Below, piece by piece: positions 1-9,525 of a stretch of DNA of 64,000 bases. The notes under the pieces are model-generated. The model was not told the DNA's origin. It was given only the letters and a program-made list of their open reading frames with translations, and searched no databases. The stretch is from Myxococcota bacterium (lineage in GTDB: Bacteria > Myxococcota_A > UBA9160 > PR03): positions 12,188-76,187 of the forward strand of contig JBFIML010000013.1 of NCBI GenBank assembly GCA_041611735.1, in the 5' to 3' direction. The position numbers were made by a program, and so were the translations under genes. Numbering within the stretch: the stretch's first letter is position 1; each line of letters starts with the position of its first letter.

Positions 1-857
1 ACGAAGTTCTTCTGGCACACGAACTCCATGGGGCTGCCGGGGGGGCTGGCCGTCTGGGCGCCGTTGGCTCCGGACTTGTACTGGTACTTGGGGAAGCGGG
101 TGACGCCATCCTGGCCGAAGGGCAGGTTGGCCGGGTCGCGGCTCATGAAGTAGGTGTACGACTGGAAGAGCGACTCGCCGAGCGGCGACGCGCCGGAGCC
201 GGAGGAGTTCCCGACCGCGGCCTCCAGGTTCGAGGCGTGCCTCGGGGTGGGCTTGTCCACGGGGACCGTCACGAAGCCGCCGTTCGGATCCACGTTGCCC
301 GCGTCCGCCGGCTGGCGGAACTCGGCCAGGCCGAAGCTCACGCCCTTGGACTCGGCCTCGCAGATCACGTCCAGGAGCACCAGCTTGGCCGCCTGGGCCC
401 GGGTGCGCCGGTACTTGTCCCGGAGCTGGTTGGCCCCGCCGGCGGGGTTGCAGCCCTTGGGGATGGACTTGGCGGTCTTGATCTCGTTGTAGTAGGGGTC
501 CGCGGCCGAGCTGAAGTACCAGTTCAGGTAGCGGCCGGTCCAGAGCGTGGGGTTCTCGGGCCGCCAGATCGTGCGCGCCTTCCCACAGTGGGTCTCCGTC
601 TTCTGACTGGTGATCTCGTAGACGGTGTCGTCGTTCCACTTGTTGCAGAGCGCGGTGTAGCTCTGGCTGGGATCGAAGGCCGGGTGCCACTCGATCTCCT
701 TCATGGAGCGCGAGTTGTCGATGAAGAGCAGCACGTTGGGCGGCACCGAGGCGGTGAACAGGAAGAGGTCGGTGTCCGGATTGGACCCGGCCGGGACCGG
801 CAGCCCGAGGCCGACACCCAGAGCGAGTCCCAGGAGCGCCCGATGCGTTTGCTTCAC
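1..857 (-). CDS. pilY1: PilY1-like pilus tip adhesin, paralog 2 (N-terminal part; runs off the window)
   Basis: Not in the ORF track. Hand translation from GTG 857: MKQTHRALLGLALGVGLG...PPNVLLFIDNSRSM...RYLNWYFS...SPLGESLFQSYTYFM...RFPKYQY...CQKNFV. It has a signal peptide and a vWA MIDAS DxSxS, is colinear with the 3929-7459 protein and follows pilX. Confidence 0.9.
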   Translation of the reverse strand, partial: MKQTHRALLGLALGVGLGLPVPAGSNPDTDLFLFTASVPPNVLLFIDNSRSMKEIEWHPAFDPSQSYTALCNKWNDDTVYEITSQKTETHCGKARTIWRPENPTLWTGRYLNWYFSSAADPYYNEIKTAKSIPKGCNPAGGANQLRDKYRRTRAQAAKLVLLDVICEAESKGVSFGLAEFRQPADAGNVDPNGGFVTVPVDKPTPRHASNLEAAVGNSSGSGASPLGESLFQSYTYFMSRDPANLPFGQDGVTRFPKYQYKSGANGAQTASPPGSPMEFVCQKNF

Positions 858-905
858 GGTCAGATCTCCCCATCCCCTCCGGTGATCGATTCGCTCTCGC
901 CGCGC

Positions 906-1370
906 TCACTCGAGGCGGGCGGCGAGCACCTCCAGTCGCGCCGTGGACCCGGCGGGCTCCTGCCCCTGGACCCGCACCCGCCAGTAGTGCAGCTGGAAGG
1001 TCGGGCTCGCGTCCTGGCCCACGTTCATCTCGAAGCCCTCGATGGGGCTTCCGCCCAGATCGTCCAGCGGGTCGGCGGCCGTGGGATCGGGCTGGTAGCT
1101 GGGCCGGCCGTAGGGAAAGCTGCCCGGGTCCCCCACCGACTGGCCGTTGGTGACGGTGGGCGTGCCGGTGCGGGCCAGGTTTCCGAGCGCCTCGGCCACC
1201 CCCGCCTCGGCGGCGTAGAAGGCCATCCGTTCGCGCATCTGGTAGCCGGCCACCTGGCGCTCACGCGTCACGGTCTCCAGGGCTGCGAAGCCGACGGCGC
1301 CGATCAGCACCAGCATCATGACCGTGGCCAGCAGGGCCGAGCCCTCGATTCGTCGGGTCTGGATTCTCAC
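906..1370 (-). CDS. pilX: PilX-like minor pilin, copy 2
   Basis: EGSALLATVMMLVL hydrophobic N-terminus without Glu5, AFYAAEAGV PilX-type motif, located between pilW and pilY1. Confidence 0.85.
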   Translation of the reverse strand: MRIQTRRIEGSALLATVMMLVLIGAVGFAALETVTRERQVAGYQMRERMAFYAAEAGVAEALGNLARTGTPTVTNGQSVGDPGSFPYGRPSYQPDPTAADPLDDLGGSPIEGFEMNVGQDASPTFQLHYWRVRVQGQEPAGSTARLEVLAARLE

Positions 1371-2380
1371 AGGGTGGTCCCCCGGTTGCCCAGATTGCGC
1401 AGCTGGACCGTGGCCGTGTGCACGCGGCGGCGGAAGCCGTCGGCGCCCACCACGGGATCGCGGTTCTCCGTGTTCTGGAACAGACCCTGGCTATACTCCT
1501 GCCGCGGATCCGGGTCCCGGGTGCGCAGCGCCAGGTTGAAACGCACCTCGCGTAGCTCGCGCCCGTCGGCCCCGGCCGCCACGTAGTCGGGCCCCACGTT
1601 GTCCCCGCGGTACTCGCCGGGATCGATGGCCCCGTTCCCGTTGGCGTCGTAGAACCAGGCGAGCTGGAGGTCGTCCACGTCCTGGGCGAAGACCAGGCCG
1701 TCGCGCAGCAGCTGCCGCTGGGCGTCGACCCGGTAGTCGTGAGCCGGCACGGCCACGAGCTGGGGGGCGCCGCCGGCCGGTGCCAGGGGGCCGCTCACGA
1801 TGTTCACCTGCAGGCTGGTGGCGCTCGGGATCCCCACCACCGTCCCGCAGGCCGCCCCGCGCCCGGGGTCGCCCAGGTCGACGACGATCACGCCGCCGTT
1901 CACCCGGAAGTCGCTGTCGGCGACCCCGTCGCCATCCGTGTCGTAGGCGGGACGCCAGGTCGGGTTGGGCTCGATGACCAGCGAATCGACGTTCAGGGTC
2001 TGGACGCCGGTCACCACGTTGGCGGTCGCCACCGGGAGGCGGGCGCCGAAGTCGAGACCCTTGTCGTCGCCGGGATCGACGGCATCCGCGTCGCTCACGA
2101 ACAGGCGGTCGGGGCCGCCGTCCTGGTCGATGCCGCAGACCGCCGCCGCCTCCGACACCATGAGCCCCGCATGGCGGAGGTCGCGCTCCAGGAGATCGGC
2201 GATGGCGCGGCTGTTCTGCCGGACCTCCGACAGCTGGTCGACGACCACGTAGGTGCGCTGCTGGGTCGTGAAGGTCTGGGTGACGAGCACCATCACGATG
2301 CCGAGCACCGCCACCGCGACGAGCAGCTCCACCAGCGTGAAGCCGCCCTGCCCGCTGCGCCCGGCCCTCTCTGCCCCCAT
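1367..2380 (-). CDS. pilW: PilW-like minor pilin, copy 2
   Basis: Prepilin motif G|FTLVELLV, LERDLRHAG, C-terminal TATVQLRN; SD GGAGG upstream. Confidence 0.85.
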   Translation of the reverse strand: MGAERAGRSGQGGFTLVELLVAVAVLGIVMVLVTQTFTTQQRTYVVVDQLSEVRQNSRAIADLLERDLRHAGLMVSEAAAVCGIDQDGGPDRLFVSDADAVDPGDDKGLDFGARLPVATANVVTGVQTLNVDSLVIEPNPTWRPAYDTDGDGVADSDFRVNGGVIVVDLGDPGRGAACGTVVGIPSATSLQVNIVSGPLAPAGGAPQLVAVPAHDYRVDAQRQLLRDGLVFAQDVDDLQLAWFYDANGNGAIDPGEYRGDNVGPDYVAAGADGRELREVRFNLALRTRDPDPRQEYSQGLFQNTENRDPVVGADGFRRRVHTATVQLRNLGNRGTTL

Positions 2381-2427
2381 GCCTCACCTCCCCCGGACGG
2401 CCGTCGTGCGCCGTCCTGGCTCCCTCG

Positions 2428-2443
2428 AGCAAGACCCGTGCCG
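2428..2443 (-). promoter_or_regulatory. sigma54 (-24/-12) promoter of the pilW2-pilX2-pilY1-2 module
   Basis: Minus strand CGGCAC-GGGTC-TTGCT (GG-N10-GC), about 48 nt upstream of the pilW2 ATG. Confidence 0.7.
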
Positions 2444-2451
2444 TGCTGTCC

Positions 2452-2479
2452 CGATCGGCAACCCAGCCGGGATCATTGA
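2452..2479 (-). promoter_or_regulatory. sigma28 (FliA)-type promoter motif upstream of pilW2
   Basis: Minus strand TCAAT-N15-GCCGATCG. Confidence 0.6.
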
Positions 2480-2570
2480 GCTTTTCCTGCCGGCGCCGGG
2501 CCGGGCCGGGGGCCCGGCTGCGCAGCGCCTTGCGCGCCGCGCAACCTGCTGCGTAGACCCGGTTCGAGGC

Positions 2571-3572
2571 TCAGTCGCGCAGGGCGGCCGGCGGGGCGGC
2601 GGTCGTCGGCTCGGGGGCCTGGACCACCAGCTCGAAGCGCTGGGCGGTGCCCCCACCGTGGGGATCCTCCACGGCGAGCTCGACCGTGTGGCGACCCGTC
2701 TGGTGCGAGGCGGGCTGCCAGACCAGCACGCCGGTGGCGGGATCCAGGGCCATGCCTCGGGGGCCCTCCAGCAGCCGGAAGCGGAGCGGTCGGTCCCCGT
2801 CCGGGTCCTCGGCCTGCACGGCGTAGCGGAAGCCGCCTCCCGGCCCGATGCCCTGGGGTGCGGAGCGGATCACCGGCGCCGCGTTGGTGAGCTCGAGCGG
2901 TGCGCTGCGTACGGGCCGGCTGTCCTCGGACCCGTCGCTCACCACGACCTCCACGAACACGCTGTCGCCGCGCCGCAGGCCCGCCGTGGAGAAGGTTGCC
3001 TGGCCTCGAGCGGCCTCGCGATCGTTCACGTACCAGACGTAGTCGAAGCGCAGATGGTCGCCGTCGGGATCGTCGGCCTCGACCCCTGCCGAGATCGGGA
3101 TTCCCGCCACGACGTTCAGCCGGGGCCGCAGGACCACCGAGCGCAGCGCGGGCCCCTGGTTGCCGATCCGCACCTCGGCGCTGCGCGGCTCCCCCTTGGC
3201 CTCTCCGTCTCCGGCGACGACCGTGACCCGCACCGCGTCGCCGCGGCGGGAGCGGTTGCCCGGGAACTCCGGCCCGCTGGCTTCCACCGGCCGTCCGTTG
3301 TGCTCCCAGCGGAACTCGAGATGCACCGGGTCGTGGTCCGGATCCTGGGCCCGGACCACCGCGCGCACCGGCTCGGCGGCGCGGGGCCGGGCCGGCCGCA
3401 GCTCCAGCGTCTCGATCACCGGGGCCTGGTTGACCCGGTCCTTGCCGCCCGCGGGCCGCGCGGACATGGGCGGGCCCGACGGCGTTCGAGTCGGCTCCTC
3501 GCCCCCACAGGCGGCGAGCGCCGTCGCCGCCAACATCGCCGCGGCGATCCGGTGGAGCTCCCCTCCTCGCAT
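2571..3572 (-). CDS. Lipoprotein with tandem Ig/cadherin-like repeats
   Basis: Lipobox ALAA|C, three N-x-[AG]-P...DPD[GH]D repeats, C-terminal putative Ig segment (GMALDPATGVLVWQP). Confidence 0.75.
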   Translation of the reverse strand: MRGGELHRIAAAMLAATALAACGGEEPTRTPSGPPMSARPAGGKDRVNQAPVIETLELRPARPRAAEPVRAVVRAQDPDHDPVHLEFRWEHNGRPVEASGPEFPGNRSRRGDAVRVTVVAGDGEAKGEPRSAEVRIGNQGPALRSVVLRPRLNVVAGIPISAGVEADDPDGDHLRFDYVWYVNDREAARGQATFSTAGLRRGDSVFVEVVVSDGSEDSRPVRSAPLELTNAAPVIRSAPQGIGPGGGFRYAVQAEDPDGDRPLRFRLLEGPRGMALDPATGVLVWQPASHQTGRHTVELAVEDPHGGGTAQRFELVVQAPEPTTAAPPAALRD

Positions 3573-3591
3573 GGTCCCTCCCGTGCGCCGC

Positions 3592-3915
3592 CTAGCGCGG
3601 CGCCTCCTCCAGGCGCAGCCGCTCGAGCTCGAGCCGCCCGCCCCGATCCACCGCCTCCCAGACGTACTGGAAATCCCCTCCCCAGGGATCCTGCACCCGC
3701 ACGTCCTGCAGCCCGATCCGCGCGCCGTCCAGGTCGGTGATCACGGTGCGCTCGGTCACGTGGTGCAGGCGCTTGTCGATGGTCACGGTGCGGGCGACCA
3801 CGTCCTTGGCAGTGAGCAGACCCGCGCCTTCCACGAGCTCGCCCGCCGACACCGCCCCCGCCAGACCGAGAGCGGCCGCCAGGGCCAGGACCGCACCTGC
3901 CCGGATGCCTCGCAT
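3592..3915 (-). CDS. Small secreted hypothetical protein
   Basis: Signal peptide ending AVSA; SD (AAGGAGG) upstream; directly downstream of pilY1. Confidence 0.65.
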   Translation of the reverse strand: MRGIRAGAVLALAAALGLAGAVSAGELVEGAGLLTAKDVVARTVTIDKRLHHVTERTVITDLDGARIGLQDVRVQDPWGGDFQYVWEAVDRGGRLELERLRLEEAPR

Positions 3916-3928
3916 GACTCGCCTCCTT

Positions 3929-6900
3929 CTACCGATCTCGCCAGCTCTCGAGCTGGATCAGCCGGGTTCCCAGGTCCGGAGCACACACCTGCTGCATTTC
4001 CCCGTCGCTCGTCACCACGATCACGCGGTTCTCGCAGGGCGGGCACGGCGGCGTGCCGCAGCCACCTCCACCGCCGCCCCCACCGCCCCCGGCGGCGCCG
4101 GAGAGCTGCCCCACCGAGACGCGGGGCGCACTGGGGAGCCCCACACCGATGCTCACACGACGGTCGGCTTCCGGATCCGTGGGACCGCTGCCGGGCTCGA
4201 ACAGCCCGCGACCGCAGAAGAGGTCGAAGCCGTACAGGAAGGCATCGCCCCCGGTCACGCACGGATCGCCCGAGCTGTCGGGAACGTAGGTGGGCGCCAG
4301 CACGAAGCCGGCGAAGATGGTCGCCTTCTGCACCATCTTCTCCCCGTCGCGCAGGCGGATGAAGAATCCGTTCTGCGAGGTCTGGGCCGCGCATCCCAGG
4401 GTGTTGCCGGTGAGATCGTTGAAGGTCGCGGCATCCCCCACCAGCGTGGTCGGAGTCGCGTCCAGCTCCAGGGGATCCGCATCCTTCATGACGTAGAAGC
4501 GGTTGTTCTCCTGGTTGGTCGTGGTCACTCCCGGGAAGCTCAGGTTGGCGCGCTCTCCGGTCCCCAGCGCGAGCCATAGCGTGCCGTGGATCAGCGCTCC
4601 CGTGGGGGGGAAGAACAGGCTCTTGTAGTAGGTCTGGCCACCGGTGGTGTGCTCCGGCGCCCGGAAGACCTTAAGGAAGGGCCAGCCCGGCTGCGCGACA
4701 TCGTGGGTCTCGCCGGGCGAGTGGTCGCCCACGTCGCGGACCACCCACTTCCACAGGTTCCCGCCCAGGTCTCCCACGTAGACCACGTCGACGAAGCCGT
4801 CGGAATTGAGGTCGAAGGCGGAAACCGAGGAGGGAATCGCGTACTTCAGGTCCCGCTGCGGGTCCCCGGCCGGCGCCGCCGGATCGAAGCGCTTGGCGGC
4901 CAGCACCCGTCCCGTGGCCAGATCGATCATGAAGACCGCCCGACCCGCCGTAGCGTTGGCCAGGTAGGACGGCGTATTCGGATCGCCGCTCGGGTCGTAG
5001 CCCCCGGTCACGATGGCCACCCAGCGCTCGAAGGGCTTGCCGGACGGGTCGTAGCTCCCTCCCACGCGCACCTTCACCCGCGTGATCACCGGCTCGGCCC
5101 AGGTCTCCCCGAAATACGGACGCCAGGCGTTGCACAAGGCGTCGCCGGGATTCTCACAGGGGAACTCCCAGAGGTACTTCGGGAAGGTCGAGGCCGTGTC
5201 GGGATCGGTCACGTCCAGCGCGAAGTAGGCGTTGCCGCCCTGGCGCAGCCCTCCCACCAGCACCGTGCGCCACTCGCCGGCGGACTTGTCCCAGTCCGTG
5301 CTCGTGGAGGGCAGCCAGGCATCCGCCGCCTGGGCGGCCCCGTCCACCCCATACCAGTGGGCCGTGGCCGGAAGCGGCAGGTTCTTCACCCGTTTGCGCA
5401 CCGGATACGGCATGAAGCCCATGCGCTCCTTGCCGGCCTCCGCGTGCTCCCGGTTGTAGCGGGCCGGCGAGAGGGTCGTGTCCCACACCTCGCCCACGAA
5501 GCCATGCAGGAAGCCGCCGTTCGAGCCCGCGTACACCATCTTGGTCCGCGTGGCCCAGGTCTGGGCGAAGCTCAGGTACGAGCTGTCGTTGATGGCCGCG
5601 TTGGGAGGCCCGATCACGAGCGGGTTCGAGTGGAAGATGTCCGCCAGCCGGATGCTCCGGTCCACGCAGGGATCCGAGCCGAACTCGCAGCCGCGCCCGT
5701 ACTGCACCACCTCGTCGGCCAGCTCTCCGGCGTTGGACGCCGTGCTGCCCAGGGGCACGTACGGCGGCAGGTCGCCGGCCGTGAGGACGAGGTCCACCTC
5801 GTCGAGGCCCACCCGGTCGAAGACCGGCGGGCGGCTGCCCTGGGCCACCCCCGTCTTCGAGACGTAGAGCTTGCGACTTCCGGCGCTCGGCATCTTGTCC
5901 TGGGCGTCCCAGATGGGCACCAGCAGGTCCAGGGGCTTCAGGTCTCCCCCGTCGCAGGGGGTCGGGTCGCCCGCGAAGACACACAGCCCGTTCTTGTCGC
6001 GCACCTCGCCGTCCGCCTCGATGTCGAAGTTGACCAGGTGCCCCTCCCAGAAGGGCGAGCTGTTCTTGGGCCGGAAGTTGGTGAAGTAGAAGTTGTTCTC
6101 CGCCGTGGTGCGGCTGGCGGGCACCGACACCGCGGTGAAGGACTGCACCTTGTCGATGATGTCCCGGATGGAGTCGATGATGGCCTGGGTCAGCTCCTCG
6201 GCGTTGTTGCTGGTGAAGAAGAGCCCGCCTCCCACCGCCGCGGTCTTGGCCAGCAGGGCGTTTGCCGTCCCCGAGGTGGTGAAGCCGACCGTGTAGATGT
6301 CCAGGTTCTGGAAACCGCTGCGGTTGGGCATGAAGTCGTTTTCGTGCATGAACTTGGCGATGTCGTCGAGGTAGCCAGCCCCCTCCGACGGCCAGGGCGG
6401 ATTGCCCTCCTCGGTCTCGCCGTCCAGGTTGTAGTCGCCGATCAGCTTGTTCTTGAAATCCTTGAAGCCCTTGGCGGTGCTGGTCGGGGATTCCTCGTCG
6501 AAGTCGTCCCGGGTCGGCTCCCCGTCGGTGATGACGATGACGAAGTGCTTCTGGCAGTCGTAGAGGACCGGGGTGTCCGGCACGGTGGGGGGCCCCGAGT
6601 TGCTCTGGGGCCCGTTCAACGTCGTGCGGTACTGGTACTTGGGGAAGCGCGTGCTGGCGTCCTTGCCCTTGGGGCGGTCCCCGTCGTCGCGGTCCATGAA
6701 GTAGGTGTAGACCTGGAAGAGCGTCTCCCCGAGCGGCGTCCAGGTGTCCGGGTCGAGGTTCTGGATGGCGGTGTTCAGGGCCAGGTCCTGGGCCGGCGTG
6801 TAGTCGTCAGCCGGCACCACCACGTAGCCGCCATTGGGGTCGCCACCCTCCCGGAACTGGGCCAAACCGAAGCGCACGTCGCCGGCGGCGTTCACCTGGC

Positions 6901-7459
6901 AGATCACGTCGCGCAGGATGTGACGCATGGCCGAGGCCCGGGAGCGCCGGTAGCGGTGGTAGCTCCCGCCGCCCAGGCAGGCCGAGAAGGTGCCGTTGTT
7001 CATGGCCACGATGGTGGGATACACGGGGTTGGAGGCGGGACTGTACAGCCAGTTCAGGTAGCGGCCGTCCCAGCGGGTGCGATCGCCGTTCACGAAGATC
7101 TCCGGGTCGTGGAACACCTCCCGCGCGGTCGAGACGCAGCCCGCCGGAACCGGCGCCGGGATCGCGTGGGTCATGGGCGGAAAGAGGGTGTCGTTGGGCC
7201 CGCTGAACCCGCTGGAGCCCGGGTCGACGTAGTAGGTCCAGCCGTCGTTCCAGTAGGTGCAGCTCGGCACGAGCGTCGGATCGAAGCTCTCGTGCCAGAC
7301 CACGTGCTCCATGGAGCCGGAGTTGTCGGCCAGGAACACCACGTTCGGCGCCACCACGTTGGAGAAGAGCTCCGTGTCGTCGGCGCGCGGAGTCGCACCG
7401 GGCGCGAGGAGGGACAGGCCCAGGAGGGCGATGACCCCGGGCAGGTGAAGGCGGGTCAT
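3929..7459 (-). CDS. pilY1: PilY1 pilus tip adhesin (vWA + beta-propeller), paralog 1
   Basis: Start MTRLHLPG with SD GGAGG; MIDAS DNSGS and ITDGE; YAGSNGGFLHGF and YFALDVTDP propeller motifs; Ca-binding loop DLNSDGFVD; poly-Gly near the C-terminus. Confidence 0.92.
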   Translation of the reverse strand: MTRLHLPGVIALLGLSLLAPGATPRADDTELFSNVVAPNVVFLADNSGSMEHVVWHESFDPTLVPSCTYWNDGWTYYVDPGSSGFSGPNDTLFPPMTHAIPAPVPAGCVSTAREVFHDPEIFVNGDRTRWDGRYLNWLYSPASNPVYPTIVAMNNGTFSACLGGGSYHRYRRSRASAMRHILRDVICQVNAAGDVRFGLAQFREGGDPNGGYVVVPADDYTPAQDLALNTAIQNLDPDTWTPLGETLFQVYTYFMDRDDGDRPKGKDASTRFPKYQYRTTLNGPQSNSGPPTVPDTPVLYDCQKHFVIVITDGEPTRDDFDEESPTSTAKGFKDFKNKLIGDYNLDGETEEGNPPWPSEGAGYLDDIAKFMHENDFMPNRSGFQNLDIYTVGFTTSGTANALLAKTAAVGGGLFFTSNNAEELTQAIIDSIRDIIDKVQSFTAVSVPASRTTAENNFYFTNFRPKNSSPFWEGHLVNFDIEADGEVRDKNGLCVFAGDPTPCDGGDLKPLDLLVPIWDAQDKMPSAGSRKLYVSKTGVAQGSRPPVFDRVGLDEVDLVLTAGDLPPYVPLGSTASNAGELADEVVQYGRGCEFGSDPCVDRSIRLADIFHSNPLVIGPPNAAINDSSYLSFAQTWATRTKMVYAGSNGGFLHGFVGEVWDTTLSPARYNREHAEAGKERMGFMPYPVRKRVKNLPLPATAHWYGVDGAAQAADAWLPSTSTDWDKSAGEWRTVLVGGLRQGGNAYFALDVTDPDTASTFPKYLWEFPCENPGDALCNAWRPYFGETWAEPVITRVKVRVGGSYDPSGKPFERWVAIVTGGYDPSGDPNTPSYLANATAGRAVFMIDLATGRVLAAKRFDPAAPAGDPQRDLKYAIPSSVSAFDLNSDGFVDVVYVGDLGGNLWKWVVRDVGDHSPGETHDVAQPGWPFLKVFRAPEHTTGGQTYYKSLFFPPTGALIHGTLWLALGTGERANLSFPGVTTTNQENNRFYVMKDADPLELDATPTTLVGDAATFNDLTGNTLGCAAQTSQNGFFIRLRDGEKMVQKATIFAGFVLAPTYVPDSSGDPCVTGGDAFLYGFDLFCGRGLFEPGSGPTDPEADRRVSIGVGLPSAPRVSVGQLSGAAGGGGGGGGGGCGTPPCPPCENRVIVVTSDGEMQQVCAPDLGTRLIQLESWRDR

Positions 7460-7511
7460 GGCAGGAACCTCCGGATTCGGAGTCGGGGAGCCATCGCCGG
7501 GGCCACGACGG

Positions 7512-8045
7512 TCAGCTCCCGGTGTACGGACGACACACGCTGGCCGTGGCCTGGATCGGCCGCGCGAGATTGTCGGGGGTGGTGCCCTGGACGCGGATCT
7601 GCCAGAGCGACTTCCTCCAGACCACCTTGTCCTCGAGGGCCGTGATGAAGTCGCAGTTGGCACCGCTACCCAGGTAGTCGATGGCGTCCGCCACGGCCGG
7701 GTCCCGGCCGAAGCTCGGCTGGCCGTAGGGCCAGGAGCCCGCCTCGCCCACGGCGGTGGCGCCCGCCGGGAAGGGCGGGTTGTAGGCATCGAGGGCCGCT
7801 GCGCCCTCCAGGGCGTGGATGCTGTCCAGGTCGTTGAGGAGCGAGGCCAGGGCGGTGGACACTCCCGCCTCGCCGGCATCCAGGGCCACCCGGGCCCGGG
7901 TCTGGTAGCCCGCCACCTGACGGTCGGCGGTGACCGTCTCCAGGGCGGCGAAGCCGATGAAGGCCATCAGGACGAGCATCATCACGGTCACGAAGAGCGC
8001 GGAGCCCTCGCGGCCCCGGGTGCGTAGCGGCGCGGACGGGTCCAT
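7512..8045 (-). CDS. pilX: PilX-like minor pilin, copy 1
   Basis: ATG overlaps the pilW stop (TGATG); EGSALFVTVMMLVL...AGEAGV; paralog of 906-1370. Confidence 0.85.
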   Translation of the reverse strand: MDPSAPLRTRGREGSALFVTVMMLVLMAFIGFAALETVTADRQVAGYQTRARVALDAGEAGVSTALASLLNDLDSIHALEGAAALDAYNPPFPAGATAVGEAGSWPYGQPSFGRDPAVADAIDYLGSGANCDFITALEDKVVWRKSLWQIRVQGTTPDNLARPIQATASVCRPYTGS

Positions 8046-9031
8046 CAGCTGTTCCCCACGTTGCGGACCCGCACCGTGGCGGTGTGGGTCCGGCGGTGGA
8101 AGCGGTCTGGAACCGCAGCTCCGAGCGCGCGGTTCTCGAAGGCCTGGGGCAGCCCCTGCACGTACTCCTGGCGGGGATCCGGGTCCCGGCTCACCGCCAC
8201 CAGGTTGAAGCGCACCTCGCGCAGGTTCTGGCCGTTGGCCAGGGACGGGTCGTAGGTGGCGGTGTCGACGCCACCGGCGGCGTCCACGCCGTCGCCGTAC
8301 ATCTCGTCGGGGCCCAGATTGCGGTCGTCGTCGTCGTCGAAGAAGTAGGCGACCTGGAGGTCCTCGATGTCCTGCGCCAGGGCCATCCCGTCGCGCTGCA
8401 GCTGCGGGGTGGCGCCGCCCGGGGCATTGACCTGGTAGACGTGGGCCGGGATGGCCACCACGTCGGGGTTGGCGCCCACGGGTCCGATCTGGGTGCCGTT
8501 CCAGTCCACGCTGAGGGTGTTGCCCGCCAGGGCCGTGACCACGCCGCAGGCCACCCGGGCGTCGGGATCGTTGCGGTCCAGCACGATCACGCCCGCGTTG
8601 GCGGCGAAGTCCGGTCCGTCCGCGGCCACGTCGAGCCAGTTGCGGCTCAGGGTGATGGCGGCCCCATGGACCCAGCCCGGCCCCACGCCGCTCACCGGGG
8701 CGCCCAGGTTGCCGGCCGCCTCGTCCACCGGGAGCTGGTCCACGGTGCGCAGCACGTCCGTGTTGCTGACGAACAGCGTGTCGGGCCCGTTGGTGCGGTC
8801 CCAGCCGCACACCGCCGCCGCCTCGGGCACCAGGTACCCGGCCAGGCGCAGGTCCCGCTCGATCAGGTCCGCCACGATGCGGACGGTCTGCTGCGCCTCC
8901 ACGGTCTGGTCCACGATGGCGTAGGTGCGCTGCTGGGTGGTGAAGGTGCCCAGCAACCCGGCCACGACGAGGCCGAGGATCCCGACCACGATCAGGAGCT
9001 CGACGAGGGTGAATCCTGCCGTGCGACGCAT
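8045..9031 (-). CDS. pilW: PilW-like minor pilin, copy 1
   Basis: MRRTAG|FTLVELLIV, IERDLRLAGY; paralog of 1367-2380. Confidence 0.88.
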   Translation of the reverse strand: MRRTAGFTLVELLIVVGILGLVVAGLLGTFTTQQRTYAIVDQTVEAQQTVRIVADLIERDLRLAGYLVPEAAAVCGWDRTNGPDTLFVSNTDVLRTVDQLPVDEAAGNLGAPVSGVGPGWVHGAAITLSRNWLDVAADGPDFAANAGVIVLDRNDPDARVACGVVTALAGNTLSVDWNGTQIGPVGANPDVVAIPAHVYQVNAPGGATPQLQRDGMALAQDIEDLQVAYFFDDDDDRNLGPDEMYGDGVDAAGGVDTATYDPSLANGQNLREVRFNLVAVSRDPDPRQEYVQGLPQAFENRALGAAVPDRFHRRTHTATVRVRNVGNS

Positions 9032-9036
9032 GGCGG

Positions 9037-9525
9037 CTACCAGTTGAAGCGTGCGCTCGAGAGCGTCACGGTGGGCAGGCTCGTCCGTGTCGGCTTCGCG
9101 TTGGGGCGGTTGACCTCCGTCCACGTCACCTCCACGTCCACGTTGAGCAGGTTCGGATCGGCGGTGGCGGCGACGCGCCAGGCCACGTTGTAGGTCTGCC
9201 CGGCCACCGGGGCGCCGGCGGGGACCTGGGGCTGCACGGTGATCTGACCGCCCGGCACCCAGGGCGGCACCTGCCAGCCCGCACCGGCTGCCGCATTGAC
9301 GGTCGCCCAGGGCATGCGCTGGATCTGCTCCATCTGGGCCCGGGCGAGACGGCTCGCGTCGCTCACGTGTTGTCCCATGGAGCCGTCGCGCAGGGCCTGG
9401 ATCTGGAGCGCGGCGAGCGAGAGCAGCCCGAAGGCGAGCACCGCCAGGGCGATCATGATCTCGATCAGGGTGAAGCCGTCGCCGCGAGGCCGACGGCGAA
9501 GCAGGACGGTGGTCAGTTCAGCCAT
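9037..9525 (-). CDS. pilV: PilV-like minor pilin
   Basis: G|FTLIEIMIALAVLAFGLLSLAALQ motif; located between fimU and pilW. Confidence 0.88.
   Translation of the reverse strand: MAELTTVLLRRRPRGDGFTLIEIMIALAVLAFGLLSLAALQIQALRDGSMGQHVSDASRLARAQMEQIQRMPWATVNAAAGAGWQVPPWVPGGQITVQPQVPAGAPVAGQTYNVAWRVAATADPNLLNVDVEVTWTEVNRPNAKPTRTSLPTVTLSSARFNW

Noticed and set aside
4062-4091. Poly-Gly tract in PilY1 as a phase-variation site
   Set aside because: Mixed Gly codons, in frame, and not a slippage-type homopolymer; more likely a flexible linker.
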